A stretch of DNA of 50,680 bases from Gemmatimonadota bacterium (GCA_028876525.1 JAGWRI010000097.1:1-50680); one strand, 5' to 3'. Shown: positions 28,721-37,766, counted from the first letter of the stretch. A program made the numbers and translations. Notes: generated by a model from the sequence alone, not told the origin.

Positions 28721-29781
28721 ACGGCCGCCTCCGCGCCCAGCTCGAGGAGACGATCCTCCCGCCCATCGTCGCCCTGCTCATCGCCGCGCTCGTGGGCGAC
28801 CTGCTGATCCTCGTGTACGGACAATCGCCCGCCGCCGTCTACCGGCTGCTCATCCAGGGTACCTGGGGCAACGCCTACGGGCTGGGCCAGGTGCTGTACA
28901 AGACCACCACGCTCACCTTCACCGGCCTCGCCGTGGCCATCGGGCTGCAAGCCGGCCTGTTCAACATCGGGGCCGAGAGCCAGCTCGCCGCCGGTGGTTT
29001 CGCGGCCGGCGTCGTGGGCGCGATGCTCCCCGCCGGCATCCCGTCGGTCGTCCTCCTGCCGCTGTTCATCGCCGCCGCCGCGATCGGCGGCGGGCTCGTG
29101 GGCGGCGCGGCCGGAGCGCTCAAGGCGAAGTGGGGTGCGCACGAGGTGATCACCACGATCATGCTCAACTTCGTCGTGCTCGCGCTGCTGAACTACCTCA
29201 CCGTGGCGCACTTCAAGGTGTTCGACACCCTGCACACGGCCGACATCCGGAGCGGCGCGCTGCCCCGGCTGTCGGCGGTGGTCCCGGCGTTCCACGGCTC
29301 CGCGGCCAACGTCGTCCTCGTGCTCGCGCTGGCTGCCGTGGCGGCCGCCTGGTGGTATCTCTACCGCTCGCGCGCCGGCTACGAGTTGCGCGCCGCCGGG
29401 CTGCAGCCCGGAGCGGCCGAGTACGGCGGCGTGAAGGTGTCGCGCGTCTGGTGGCAGGCCATGCTGCTCTCGGGCGCCGTCGCCGGGATCGGCGGGCTCA
29501 ACTTCGTGCTCGGCTACAAGCACTATTACGAGGACAGCTTCGCCAGCGGGATGGGCTTCCTCGGCATCGCAGTCGCGCTCGTCGGACGCAACAACCCGCT
29601 CGGCGTGTTCCTCGCGGCGCTCCTCTTCGCGACGCTGTCGCAGGGCGGGCTCGCCGTGAACGCGGTCGTGCCCAAGCAGATGGTGGAGGTGCTGCAGGCC
29701 GTGGTCATCATCGCCGTCGCGACCTCGGTGCCCGAGGTCCGCCGCCTGCTGCGCGGCGCGCGCCGGAGCGCCGCAACGTGA
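28717..29781 (+). CDS. ABC transporter permease (BMP/nucleoside system)
   Basis: 354 aa multi-pass membrane protein. The ATG overlaps the ATPase stop (ATGA at 28717-28720). Confidence 0.88.
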   Translation: MNGRLRAQLEETILPPIVALLIAALVGDLLILVYGQSPAAVYRLLIQGTWGNAYGLGQVLYKTTTLTFTGLAVAIGLQAGLFNIGAESQLAAGGFAAGVVGAMLPAGIPSVVLLPLFIAAAAIGGGLVGGAAGALKAKWGAHEVITTIMLNFVVLALLNYLTVAHFKVFDTLHTADIRSGALPRLSAVVPAFHGSAANVVLVLALAAVAAAWWYLYRSRAGYELRAAGLQPGAAEYGGVKVSRVWWQAMLLSGAVAGIGGLNFVLGYKHYYEDSFASGMGFLGIAVALVGRNNPLGVFLAALLFATLSQGGLAVNAVVPKQMVEVLQAVVIIAVATSVPEVRRLLRGARRSAAT

Positions 29782-30659
29782 TCTTCCTCGCGCTCGTCGC
29801 CCAGACCGTCCGCATCTCGATGCCCTACCTGTTCGCGTCGGCGGGCGGCGTGCTGTCGGAGCGGTCGGGGCTCATCGGCCTCGGTCTCGAGGGCTACATG
29901 CTCGCCGGCGCGTTCACCGCCGCGCTCGGCAGCTACTACGGCCAGAACCCGTGGGTCGGCGTGATCGCAGGGGTCGGCGGCGGCATGGCGCTCGCCCTGC
30001 TCTACGCGCTCTGCTCGATCCGCTACAAGGCCGACCAGGTCGTGGTCGGCGTGGCCATCAACCTGCTCGCCGTCGGCGCCACGCGGTTCTTCCTCCGGCT
30101 GGTGTTCAGAAGCTCGTCCAACTCTCCCCGGGTGCCGGGATTCTCGGTGGTCGAGACCGGCACCGGGTTCCTCGCGCTGGCGCACAACCCACTGATCTGG
30201 ATGGGCGCGCTGAGCATCCCGGCCGTCGCCTGGCTGCTCTACCGCACGCCGTTCGGGCTGCGGGTGCGCGCCGTGGGCGAGCACCCGGGCGCCGCGCTGT
30301 CCGTCGGCGTGCCGGTGCCCAAGGTCCAGTGGATCGCCGTCGCGCTGTCGGGCGCCCTCGCCGGACTCGGCGGCGCCTACCTGGCCCTCGACCAGCACCA
30401 GTTCAGCGACCAGATGACGGCCGGCCGCGGCTTCATCGCGCTCGCGGCCGTGATTTTCGGCCGCTGGGATCCGGTCCGCGTCGGCTTCGCTTGTTTGCTG
30501 TTCGCGGCCGCCGAGACGATGGAAATCCGCCTGCAGGGAACGTCCCAGATCCCCGGGCAGTTCGTGCAGATGATCCCGTACCTGCTCACCATCGTCGCCC
30601 TGGCGGGCGTAGTCGGGCGGGCGGTGCCGCCGGCCGCGCTGGGCAAGTCCGGAGACTAG
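29778..30659 (+). CDS. ABC transporter permease (BMP/nucleoside system, second subunit)
   Basis: 293 aa from GTG at 29778 (VIFLALVAQTVRISMPYLFASAGG...), overlapping the previous stop (GTGA). Multi-pass membrane protein. Confidence 0.85.
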   Translation: MIFLALVAQTVRISMPYLFASAGGVLSERSGLIGLGLEGYMLAGAFTAALGSYYGQNPWVGVIAGVGGGMALALLYALCSIRYKADQVVVGVAINLLAVGATRFFLRLVFRSSSNSPRVPGFSVVETGTGFLALAHNPLIWMGALSIPAVAWLLYRTPFGLRVRAVGEHPGAALSVGVPVPKVQWIAVALSGALAGLGGAYLALDQHQFSDQMTAGRGFIALAAVIFGRWDPVRVGFACLLFAAAETMEIRLQGTSQIPGQFVQMIPYLLTIVALAGVVGRAVPPAALGKSGD

Positions 30660-30722
30660 CTCCCCCCGTCTTCCTGCCCAAATCCGGACATTCCCCGGTT
30701 TGTCAGAGCGAGCGCCGGCTAT

Positions 30723-30738
30723 TTGATTAACGCATCAA
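30723..30738. promoter_or_regulatory. AT-rich palindrome TTGAT-taacgc-ATCAA upstream of the MFS gene (candidate operator/promoter element)
   Basis: TTGAT (30723-30727) is the reverse complement of ATCAA (30734-30738). It is the most AT-rich spot of the 89-nt intergenic region, 10 nt before the TTG start at 30749. Confidence 0.3.
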
Positions 30739-30748
30739 CCTTTTCCCG

Positions 30749-32068
30749 TTGACTTCCTTGCCCGCTCCCTCCCGGTCCAGCAGCAACACGCCCGTCGGCA
30801 AGCTCGCCGTGCTCATGATCACGGCCTTCATCGACATGGTGGGGCTGCTGATGGTGGTTCCGCTGCTGCCGTTCTACGCGGAGCGGCTGGGCGGGACGGG
30901 ACTCGTCGTCGGGCTGCTCGTGTCGTCGTACGCCGTGGCGCAGCTCATCAGCGCGCCGTTCTGGGGTCGGCTGTCCGACCGGCACGGACGCCGGCCGGCG
31001 CTGCTCGTGGGGCTTGGCGCGGCCGCCGTGGCCTACGTGATCTTCGCCTACGCGAGCTCGCTCTGGCTGCTCTTCCTGTCGCGCATCGTGCAGGGCGCAG
31101 GGGGCGGCACGGTGAGCGTCGTGCAGGCGTACGTGGCCGACGCGACGCGTCCCGAGGACCGGGCGCGGAGTCTCGGACTGCTGTCGGCCGCCACCAATCT
31201 CGGGGTCGCGATCGGCCCGGTGCTCGGGTCGCTCAGTCTCGCCGCGGTCGGCACGCACGCCCCGGGGCTCGCCGCGGCCGCGCTCTGCCTGGCCAACATC
31301 CTGTTCGCCATGCGCTACCTGGACGAGTCGCGGGACATGGCGGAGGCGCGGTCGCGGCCGCACGCCAAGGGCCGCTCCCGCGAGGCGATCCTGCGCGTGG
31401 TGACGCATTCGGCCGAGCCGGCGTCGCGCCTCATCTGGATCTATGCGCTGGGAATGGGCGCGTTCCAGGGCGTGACGGCCATTCTCGCGCTCTTCCTCGC
31501 CGCCCGATTCGGCGTTACCGCCAAGACGATCGGCTATTTCTTCCTCTACATCGGGGTGATTTCGGTCATCGCGCGGGCCGGCATTCTGGGTCGCGCGGTG
31601 GACCGGTTCGGCGAGGCCCGGCTGTCGCGGCTCGGCGCCACGCTCCTGGGAGCGGGGCTGTTGATCATGCCGTTCACGCATCGCATGGCGGACCCGCACG
31701 TCGTCACGACGCTGTTCGGCGGCCGCACGCCGACGGGCCTCCTCGCGCTCATCCCGTACGCCCCGCTGGCCATCGCGGTCGCGCTGCTGCCGCTGGGCAC
31801 CGCGTTCACCTTTCCCTGCGTCACGGCGCTGCTGTCGCGCGTCACGCCCAGTCACGAGCGCGGACTGTACCTCGGCGTCCAGCAGACCTTCGGCGGCATG
31901 GCCCGCGTCGTGTTCCCGATCCTGGCGGGCTGGATGTTCGACCACGTGATTGAGCTGCCGTTCCTGGTCTCGGCCGCGCTCGCGCTTTCCACGATCTTCC
32001 TGGGTCTGGGAATGGAGAGCTACGTGAAACCGGTCGTGGTCGCGCCGGCACCGGCGGCCGACGGCTGA
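30749..32068 (+). CDS. MFS transporter, DHA1 (TetA-like) 12-TM type; start uncertain
   Basis: 439 aa if it starts at TTG 30749; other options are TTG 30758 or GTG about 30809. MFS motif A is GRLSDRHGRRPALL, with 12 predicted hydrophobic segments. Confidence 0.82.
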   Translation: MTSLPAPSRSSSNTPVGKLAVLMITAFIDMVGLLMVVPLLPFYAERLGGTGLVVGLLVSSYAVAQLISAPFWGRLSDRHGRRPALLVGLGAAAVAYVIFAYASSLWLLFLSRIVQGAGGGTVSVVQAYVADATRPEDRARSLGLLSAATNLGVAIGPVLGSLSLAAVGTHAPGLAAAALCLANILFAMRYLDESRDMAEARSRPHAKGRSREAILRVVTHSAEPASRLIWIYALGMGAFQGVTAILALFLAARFGVTAKTIGYFFLYIGVISVIARAGILGRAVDRFGEARLSRLGATLLGAGLLIMPFTHRMADPHVVTTLFGGRTPTGLLALIPYAPLAIAVALLPLGTAFTFPCVTALLSRVTPSHERGLYLGVQQTFGGMARVVFPILAGWMFDHVIELPFLVSAALALSTIFLGLGMESYVKPVVVAPAPAADG

Positions 32069-32071
32069 CCG

Positions 32072-32092
32072 GCGCCCCCGCGGAGGGGGCGC
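32072..32092. terminator. perfect 8-bp GC hairpin between convergent genes (candidate bidirectional terminator)
   Basis: GCGCCCCC (32072-32079), loop GCGGA, GGGGGCGC (32085-32092). It sits in the 28-nt gap between the MFS stop (32068) and the ANTAR regulator stop (32097). No T-tract. Confidence 0.4.
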
Positions 32093-32096
32093 GAAC

Positions 32097-32705
32097 TCAG
32101 GAGTTCTGATCCGCGCCCGGCTCGCTGGCCAGCACGGCCTTCGCGATCTCCACCATCGGCACCGAGCGGTCCTGGCTCGTGCGCTGCAGGATGCGGTAGG
32201 CCTCCTGCTCGGACGACCCGGTGCGCCGCATCAGGATGCCCTTGGCGCGCTCGATCGTCTTGCGGTTCTCGAGCGCCTGGCGGGCGCCCTCGGCGTCCTT
32301 GCGCGCCGACGCCAGCTCCTTGGCGCGCGTCGCCGCGAGGCGGATCGTCGAGTCGAGCACCCGCGGCGGGGCCGGCTTGGGCAGGAACGCGATCGCCGCC
32401 GTGGCCGCGACGTCATGGTCGCTCAGGGTGAGCGCCTGGTCGCCGCTGAACAGCACGACCGCCACGCCCGGCGTGCTCCGCGTGATGACCTCGGCCGCCT
32501 CGATCCCCGACCCGTCCGGCATGTGCACGTCCAGGAGCACGACGTCGGGCACGAGCTCGAGGGCGCGCTCCTGCGCCTCGCGGCCCGTGCCGACCTCGGC
32601 GACCACGATGTGGCCCAGGGCCGACAGCAGCTCGACTAGCAACGACCGAGCGTTGGCGTCGTCCTCCGCGACGAGTATCCGGATCTGCGGGGTGCCTTCA
32701 GTCAT
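32097..32705 (-). CDS. response regulator with ANTAR RNA-binding output domain (PdtaR/AmiR-like)
   Basis: 202 aa. Receiver ILVAEDDANARSLL...DVVLLDVHMPDGSG. ANTAR helix pattern LENRKTIERAKGILMRRTGSSEQEAYRILQRTSQDRSVPMVEIAKAVL. Confidence 0.92.
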   Translation of the reverse strand: MTEGTPQIRILVAEDDANARSLLVELLSALGHIVVAEVGTGREAQERALELVPDVVLLDVHMPDGSGIEAAEVITRSTPGVAVVLFSGDQALTLSDHDVAATAAIAFLPKPAPPRVLDSTIRLAATRAKELASARKDAEGARQALENRKTIERAKGILMRRTGSSEQEAYRILQRTSQDRSVPMVEIAKAVLASEPGADQNS

Positions 32706-32731
32706 TCCGACAAAATTAGGGGCGGACCGCC

Positions 32732-34735
32732 TCAGTGCGCCAGCGTGATGTTGGCACCCGATGCCACCTGAGCCAGCAGGTCGGACGTTCTGACCGGCTT
32801 ACGGAGCAGGAAATCGGTGGCGCCGGTGTTGCCCCGGGGCTCCCACCCCGTGACGACGCCGATTCGCAGGTCGGGCCACCGGTTGCGCGCATGGGTCACG
32901 AGGTCCCACCCGCTCCCGTCCGGCAGTCCGATGTCGGTGACCAGGACGTCATAGGGCGTTTCGCCCCCGTCGCCGAGGCGCGTCATCGCGTCCTGGACGG
33001 TGGTCACGGCGGCGACGGTATGTCCGTCGCTCTCCAGCAAGGCCTGCATGAACTCGCGGCTGTCGGGGTGGTCCTCGACCAGGAGGACGCGGCGCGGGAG
33101 CCGCCGGGCGGGCGCGGCCGCCGGCGTGGCGGCGGCCTGATCGGCGCCCTCCGGAAACAGCAGCCGGATCGTCGTGCCCTTGCCGGGCGCCGACTCGATC
33201 TCGGCCCGCCCGCGGTGGCGCCGGACGATGCCGTACACCTCGGCCAGTCCCAGACCGGTGCCGGCCTGTCCCTTGGTCGTGAAGAACGGCTCGAACGCCC
33301 GTTCGCGCACCTCGTCGGACATACCGATGCCGGTATCGCGCACCTCGAGCGCCACCTCGCCGTTCCTGGTGCGGGTGACGATCCCCAGCGTGCCGCCGAC
33401 GTGCATCGCGTCCAGCGCGTTCTGCACGAGGTTGAGCAGCGCTTCGCGGATCTCGCCGGGAATGCCGCGGATCACGGCCCGGGGCGCCATCTGCCGATCC
33501 AGCTGGATCGTGCCGCCGCGCGCCCGTTCGGCCCACAGCGGCCGCGTCATCGCCACCACTTCGTCGCACACCGCGACCAGGTCTACCAGCTCCTCGCCCA
33601 CCCCCTTCATCGGCTCCTGGCGGATGAACCGGCCCACCCGCGCCGCCGTGGCGGCCCCCGTCTCGGCGGCCTTGGCGATGCGCACGGCGTAGTCGCGCAC
33701 CGCGGCCGGATTCTCGGCGTTGGTCTCCAGCAGATACGCGGCCGCCATGATCGGGTTCAGTGCGTTGTTGACGTCGTGCATCACGCCGGCGGCGAGCTGC
33801 CCCACCGCGGCCAGCCGGCGTTCGCGCGACCGCGCCTCCTGCAGCGCCAGCACCTCCTGCGTGCGTTCCTGAACCATGCGCTCCAAACGCTCGGCTTCCG
33901 TCGACACCCGCTCGTAGAGCTCCGCCGTCCGCCGCGCCTCCTGCTCCAGCTGCTGCTGCAGCTGCGTGCGGAACGTGACGTCGCGCTCCACGGTGACGGC
34001 GCCGCGGATGCGTCCCTGCTCGTCGTACAGCGGGTTGGCGTTGACGTCGATGATCATGCTGCCGTCGGGGCCGCGGCGGACTTCCAGCCGCTCGCCGCGC
34101 ACCCGCTCGCCGCGCAGGGCGCGCGCCGTCGGATGCTCGTGCACGAACAGGCTCGTTCCGTCGAGCGTGCGTGGGCGGTCCAGCTGCCACAGCTCGCGCA
34201 GCGTGGTCGGGGTGTTCGGCGCGTGGTCGGTCTGCGCCTGGCTGTTGGTGCGCAGGGTGTTCCCGTCGGCGTCCACCACCCGCACCGAGTCGGGAATGAC
34301 GTCGAAGATCGTTTCGAGCTGCGCCACGCTGCCCGCCAGATCCTGCCGCAGGTGCTCGCGCTCGGTGATGTCGTTCCCGGCGAAGATCAGTCCGCGCTGC
34401 CCCGAATCGGCCGGAATCGGCACGAACGTCGCCTCGACCACCCGCGGCCCCGTGGGGTTCTGGAACGTCACGGGGAGCGCGATCACGGGCGCCCCGTGCA
34501 CCGCCGAGTCGATCTGCTCGGTCAGGTCGGCCTGGGCGTTCGGGAAGGCGTCGTACACCGAGCGCCCGCGCGCGTCTTCCGACGACGTGCCCGTGAGCTC
34601 GTAGTAGCGCGGGTTGGCGCTCACCAGCTCCAGGTTGTCGTCGAACACGGCGATCGCGTGGGCGATCGCCTCGAACAGCGCTTCGAAACGCGCCGTCGGA
34701 GTGGGCTTCGAACCGGGCTCGGTCTCGGGATTCAA
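32732..34735 (-). CDS. hybrid sensor histidine kinase: two PAS domains + HisKA/HATPase + C-terminal receiver
   Basis: 667 aa from TTG at 34735; there is no in-frame ATG before the first PAS domain (RFEALFEAIAHAIAVFD). H-box AAGVMHDVNNALNPI, G-box GTGLGLAEVYGIV, receiver VLLVEDHPDS...DVLVTDIGLPDGSG. No TM segments, so it is cytoplasmic. Confidence 0.88.
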   Translation of the reverse strand: MNPETEPGSKPTPTARFEALFEAIAHAIAVFDDNLELVSANPRYYELTGTSSEDARGRSVYDAFPNAQADLTEQIDSAVHGAPVIALPVTFQNPTGPRVVEATFVPIPADSGQRGLIFAGNDITEREHLRQDLAGSVAQLETIFDVIPDSVRVVDADGNTLRTNSQAQTDHAPNTPTTLRELWQLDRPRTLDGTSLFVHEHPTARALRGERVRGERLEVRRGPDGSMIIDVNANPLYDEQGRIRGAVTVERDVTFRTQLQQQLEQEARRTAELYERVSTEAERLERMVQERTQEVLALQEARSRERRLAAVGQLAAGVMHDVNNALNPIMAAAYLLETNAENPAAVRDYAVRIAKAAETGAATAARVGRFIRQEPMKGVGEELVDLVAVCDEVVAMTRPLWAERARGGTIQLDRQMAPRAVIRGIPGEIREALLNLVQNALDAMHVGGTLGIVTRTRNGEVALEVRDTGIGMSDEVRERAFEPFFTTKGQAGTGLGLAEVYGIVRRHRGRAEIESAPGKGTTIRLLFPEGADQAAATPAAAPARRLPRRVLLVEDHPDSREFMQALLESDGHTVAAVTTVQDAMTRLGDGGETPYDVLVTDIGLPDGSGWDLVTHARNRWPDLRIGVVTGWEPRGNTGATDFLLRKPVRTSDLLAQVASGANITLAH

Positions 34736-34813
34736 GGACGATCCTTCGCGATGCGGAACGGCGGACGGACGAACGGGCGCAACTGCTTCGGGCGGCGGAG
34801 GTTCCTGTCGAAC

Positions 34814-34842
34814 AGTAGACCGCCGCCGTAGTCCAAAGTCAA
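34814..34842 (-). promoter_or_regulatory. sigma70-like promoter candidate for the PAS kinase / ANTAR operon (TTGACT-17 nt-TCTACT on the minus strand)
   Basis: Minus strand reads TTGACT (34842-34837), a 17-nt spacer, then TCTACT (34819-34814), about 75 nt upstream of the TTG start at 34735. It lies inside the largest non-coding gap of the window. Confidence 0.25.
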
Positions 34843-34907
34843 TGTTTCGGCACCCCGCCCTGGAGCCCGACGGACATTTTGCCCGACGCCGGCGCCCCGT
34901 GACCAGT

Positions 34908-36470
34908 CTAGTGCCCGCCCACGCCGGTGTGGCCCGGGCGCCTGAGCAACGGCACCAGGGGAAGCGCGGCGAGAATCGCCACGCCCACCCACAGGAAGAC
35001 GTGCTCGAACGCGATCACGTACGACTGCAGATTGACCACGCCGTCCAGGGCGGCGAGGGCCTGCTGCCTGGCGGTGAAGAAATCCGACCCGCGTGCCATG
35101 AACGCGCGCTGCATGGCCTGGAGGCGCAGGTAGGTGCCGTATCCGGTGCTGGTCGCGTGCGTCACGAGGTCGGCGCGGTTCTGCGCCGCGTCACGCGTGA
35201 GGTAGGTGGCCAGCAGCGACAGCCCGAGGCTCCCGCCGAGCTGCCGCGTGAGGTTGAAGACGGCCGAGCCGTGTCCGAGGGCACGCCCGCGGAGACCGGC
35301 CACGGCCGACGCCGTGAGCGGGACGAAGATCATGCCCAGCGCGGCGCCGCGCGTGACGATCAGCCAGTGCCACGTGCTTTCCGCCACGCCCGCCGTGAGA
35401 TGCGAGTGCATCCACATCGAGTAGGCCAGCAGCAGCGATCCCGCGGCGATGGACCAGCGCACGTCGATGCGGTCGCCGAACCGCGCCATCGGCATCATCA
35501 TCGCCGCCGAGGCCACGGCGCCCGAGAGCAGGAGCAGCCCCGCGGTCTCGGCGTCGTAGTGCAGGATCTGCTGCATGAACAGCGGCTCGGCGAAGATGCT
35601 TCCGTACAGCCCTGCGCCGAGCGCGAACGCGAACAGGGACCCGGCGGCCAGCGAGCGGTCCTTGAGGACGCGCAGGTCGAGGATCGGCTCGTCCACGTGC
35701 AGCTCCCAGGCGATCATTGACAGCAGGCACGCCACGGCCGTGACGGTGAGCGCGACGATGAGCCGCGAGTCGAACCAGTCGTAGTGCTCGCCCCGCTCGA
35801 GCACGAACTGCAGCGATCCGATGCCGACGGCGAGCAGCGCGATGCCCACGAGGTCGATGCGCCCCGGCTTCCTGAGTTCGATGTGGTCGTGCACGAACAT
35901 CGAAACGACGAAGAACGACAGGATCCCGACCGGCAGGTTGATGAAGAAGATCCAGGGCCAGGAATAGTGCGTCACGATGATCCCGCCCAGCGTCGGGCCG
36001 ATGGCCGGGCCCACGATCATGCCGAGGCCGAAGATGGCCGCCGCGGTGGTCTTCTGGTGGGGCGGGAAGGCGTCGAACAGGATCGCCTGCGCCGTGGCGA
36101 TGAGGGCGCCGCCGCCCAGCCCCTGCGCCAGACGCCAGAACACCAGCTCGCCCAGCGTGCGTGACGTGCCGCAGAAGAAGCTCGCGACGGTGAAGATGGC
36201 CACCGACGTCAGGAAGTATCGGCGGCGCCCGAAGTACGACGCCAGCCATCCGGTCATCGGCAGGACGATCACCGCCGACAGGATGTAGCCCACCACCACC
36301 CACGTGATCTCGTCGATCGTGACGCCGAGATTGGCGCTCATGTCCGAGATCGCGACGTTCACGATGCTGGTGTCGATCAGCTCCATCACGGCGCCGAGAA
36401 TCACCCCCAGCGCGATCAGATAGCGATGCGCGTAGGGATCGTACTCCGCGCCGGCGGCCGGCTGGCTCAT
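34908..36470 (-). CDS. MFS transporter, DHA2 (EmrB/QacA) 14-TM drug:H+ antiporter family
   Basis: 520 aa from ATG at 36470 (MSQPAAGAEY...); GTG at 36491 is an alternative. Typical N-terminus LGAVMELIDTSIVNVAI, motif GWLASYFGRRRYF, 14 hydrophobic segments. Confidence 0.88.
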   Translation of the reverse strand: MSQPAAGAEYDPYAHRYLIALGVILGAVMELIDTSIVNVAISDMSANLGVTIDEITWVVVGYILSAVIVLPMTGWLASYFGRRRYFLTSVAIFTVASFFCGTSRTLGELVFWRLAQGLGGGALIATAQAILFDAFPPHQKTTAAAIFGLGMIVGPAIGPTLGGIIVTHYSWPWIFFINLPVGILSFFVVSMFVHDHIELRKPGRIDLVGIALLAVGIGSLQFVLERGEHYDWFDSRLIVALTVTAVACLLSMIAWELHVDEPILDLRVLKDRSLAAGSLFAFALGAGLYGSIFAEPLFMQQILHYDAETAGLLLLSGAVASAAMMMPMARFGDRIDVRWSIAAGSLLLAYSMWMHSHLTAGVAESTWHWLIVTRGAALGMIFVPLTASAVAGLRGRALGHGSAVFNLTRQLGGSLGLSLLATYLTRDAAQNRADLVTHATSTGYGTYLRLQAMQRAFMARGSDFFTARQQALAALDGVVNLQSYVIAFEHVFLWVGVAILAALPLVPLLRRPGHTGVGGH

Positions 36471-36500
36471 GCCCCTCTCACCCCCGGCCACGCGGCGCCG

Positions 36501-37766
36501 TCACGCCGCGGGAGAGCGGCCGAGCCCGGTGATGAGGCGTGAGCCGCGCTGGTAGGTAAAGAATGCGTATCCCCATTCCACCAGCACGCTCGCCCGGTTT
36601 CGGAAGCCGGCCAGATACAGGATGTGAACGAACAGCCAGAGCCACCACGCGAGGGGCCCCGACACCCGCACCCGTCCGAACCGCGCGACGGCGCGATACC
36701 GGCCGATCGTCGCCAGGTCGCCCTTGTCCAGGTAGCGGAAGGCGCGCGTGGATTCGCCGGCGATGCGACGTTTGACGTTGGCCGCGGCCCAGCGCCCGCT
36801 CTGCATCGCTGCCGGCGCGACGCCGGGCACGGGCCTCCCCCCCGACGTCATCGCCGCCTGGTCGCCCACCACGAACACCTCGGGATGTCCGGGAATCGAG
36901 AGGTCCGGCTCGACGACCACGCGGCCCATCCCGTCCAGCGGCGCGCCCAGCGACGTCCCCAGCGGCGACGCCTCGTTGCCCGCCGCCCAGACGATGGTGG
37001 CCGCGTGGATTCGCTCCGCGCCCGCCTCGACCACGCCGCGCGCCACGTGCGTCACGCGCGCGCCGGTGCGGACCTCCACGCCCAGTGCTTCGAGCGACCG
37101 GCGCGCCGCTTCGGAAAGCGGCGCCGGATACGCGGGCAACAGCCGCGGCCCGCCCTCGAGCAGGATCACGCGCGCCCGGCGGGTGTCCACGCGCCGGAAG
37201 TCCCCGGCGAGCGCGTCGCGGGCGATCGTGGGCAGCATTCCGGCCAGCTCGACACCTGTCGGCCCGCCGCCCACGATCACGAACGTCAATTCGCGCCGCC
37301 GCCGGTCCTCGTCGCCGGTCTTCTCGGCTCGTTCGAACGCCAGCAGCACGCGCTGGCGGATGCGGATCGCGTCGTCGATGCTCTTGAGCCCCGGCGCGGC
37401 GGTCTCCCACTCCGGGTGTCCGAAGTACGAGTGCCGGGCCCCCGCGGCGAGGATGAGGTAGTCGTACGGGATCGCGAGCGCCCCGCCGTCGGCCACCGCC
37501 TCGCGCCGCTCGACGTCGATGCGATCGACCGACGCCATCAGCACTTCGACGTTGGGCTGCTTGCGCAGCAGCCAGCGGATGGGCGCCGTGATGTCGCTCG
37601 GCGCGAGCGTGGCGGTCGCCGCCTGGTAGAGCAGGGGCTGGAAGAGGTGGTGATTGGTCCGGTCCACGACCGTGACCCGCGCCGCCGACGCCCGCAGGGC
37701 CCGCGCGGCGTACAGGCCCCCGAAGCCGCCGCCCACGACGAGCACGCGCGGCCGGTCGAGGGTCAC
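36501..37766 (-). CDS. ndh: type II NADH:quinone oxidoreductase family flavoprotein (NDH-2)
   Basis: 421 aa from GTG at 37766 (VTLDRPRVLVVGGGFGGLYAA...). Second dinucleotide fold FVIVGGGPTGVELAG. FVVGD, and a C-terminal amphipathic/membrane segment LAWWLWLFVHILYLAGFRNR. The start overlaps the permease stop (GTGA at 37763-37766). Confidence 0.88.
   Translation of the reverse strand: MTLDRPRVLVVGGGFGGLYAARALRASAARVTVVDRTNHHLFQPLLYQAATATLAPSDITAPIRWLLRKQPNVEVLMASVDRIDVERREAVADGGALAIPYDYLILAAGARHSYFGHPEWETAAPGLKSIDDAIRIRQRVLLAFERAEKTGDEDRRRRELTFVIVGGGPTGVELAGMLPTIARDALAGDFRRVDTRRARVILLEGGPRLLPAYPAPLSEAARRSLEALGVEVRTGARVTHVARGVVEAGAERIHAATIVWAAGNEASPLGTSLGAPLDGMGRVVVEPDLSIPGHPEVFVVGDQAAMTSGGRPVPGVAPAAMQSGRWAAANVKRRIAGESTRAFRYLDKGDLATIGRYRAVARFGRVRVSGPLAWWLWLFVHILYLAGFRNRASVLVEWGYAFFTYQRGSRLITGLGRSPAA

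Noticed and set aside
34732-34992. 86-aa minus-strand ORF covering the 172-nt intergenic gap.
   Set aside because: It overlaps the 3' end of the DHA2 gene out of frame. Its sequence is Arg/Gly/Pro-rich with no features, and its third-position composition is not coding-like in the gap itself.
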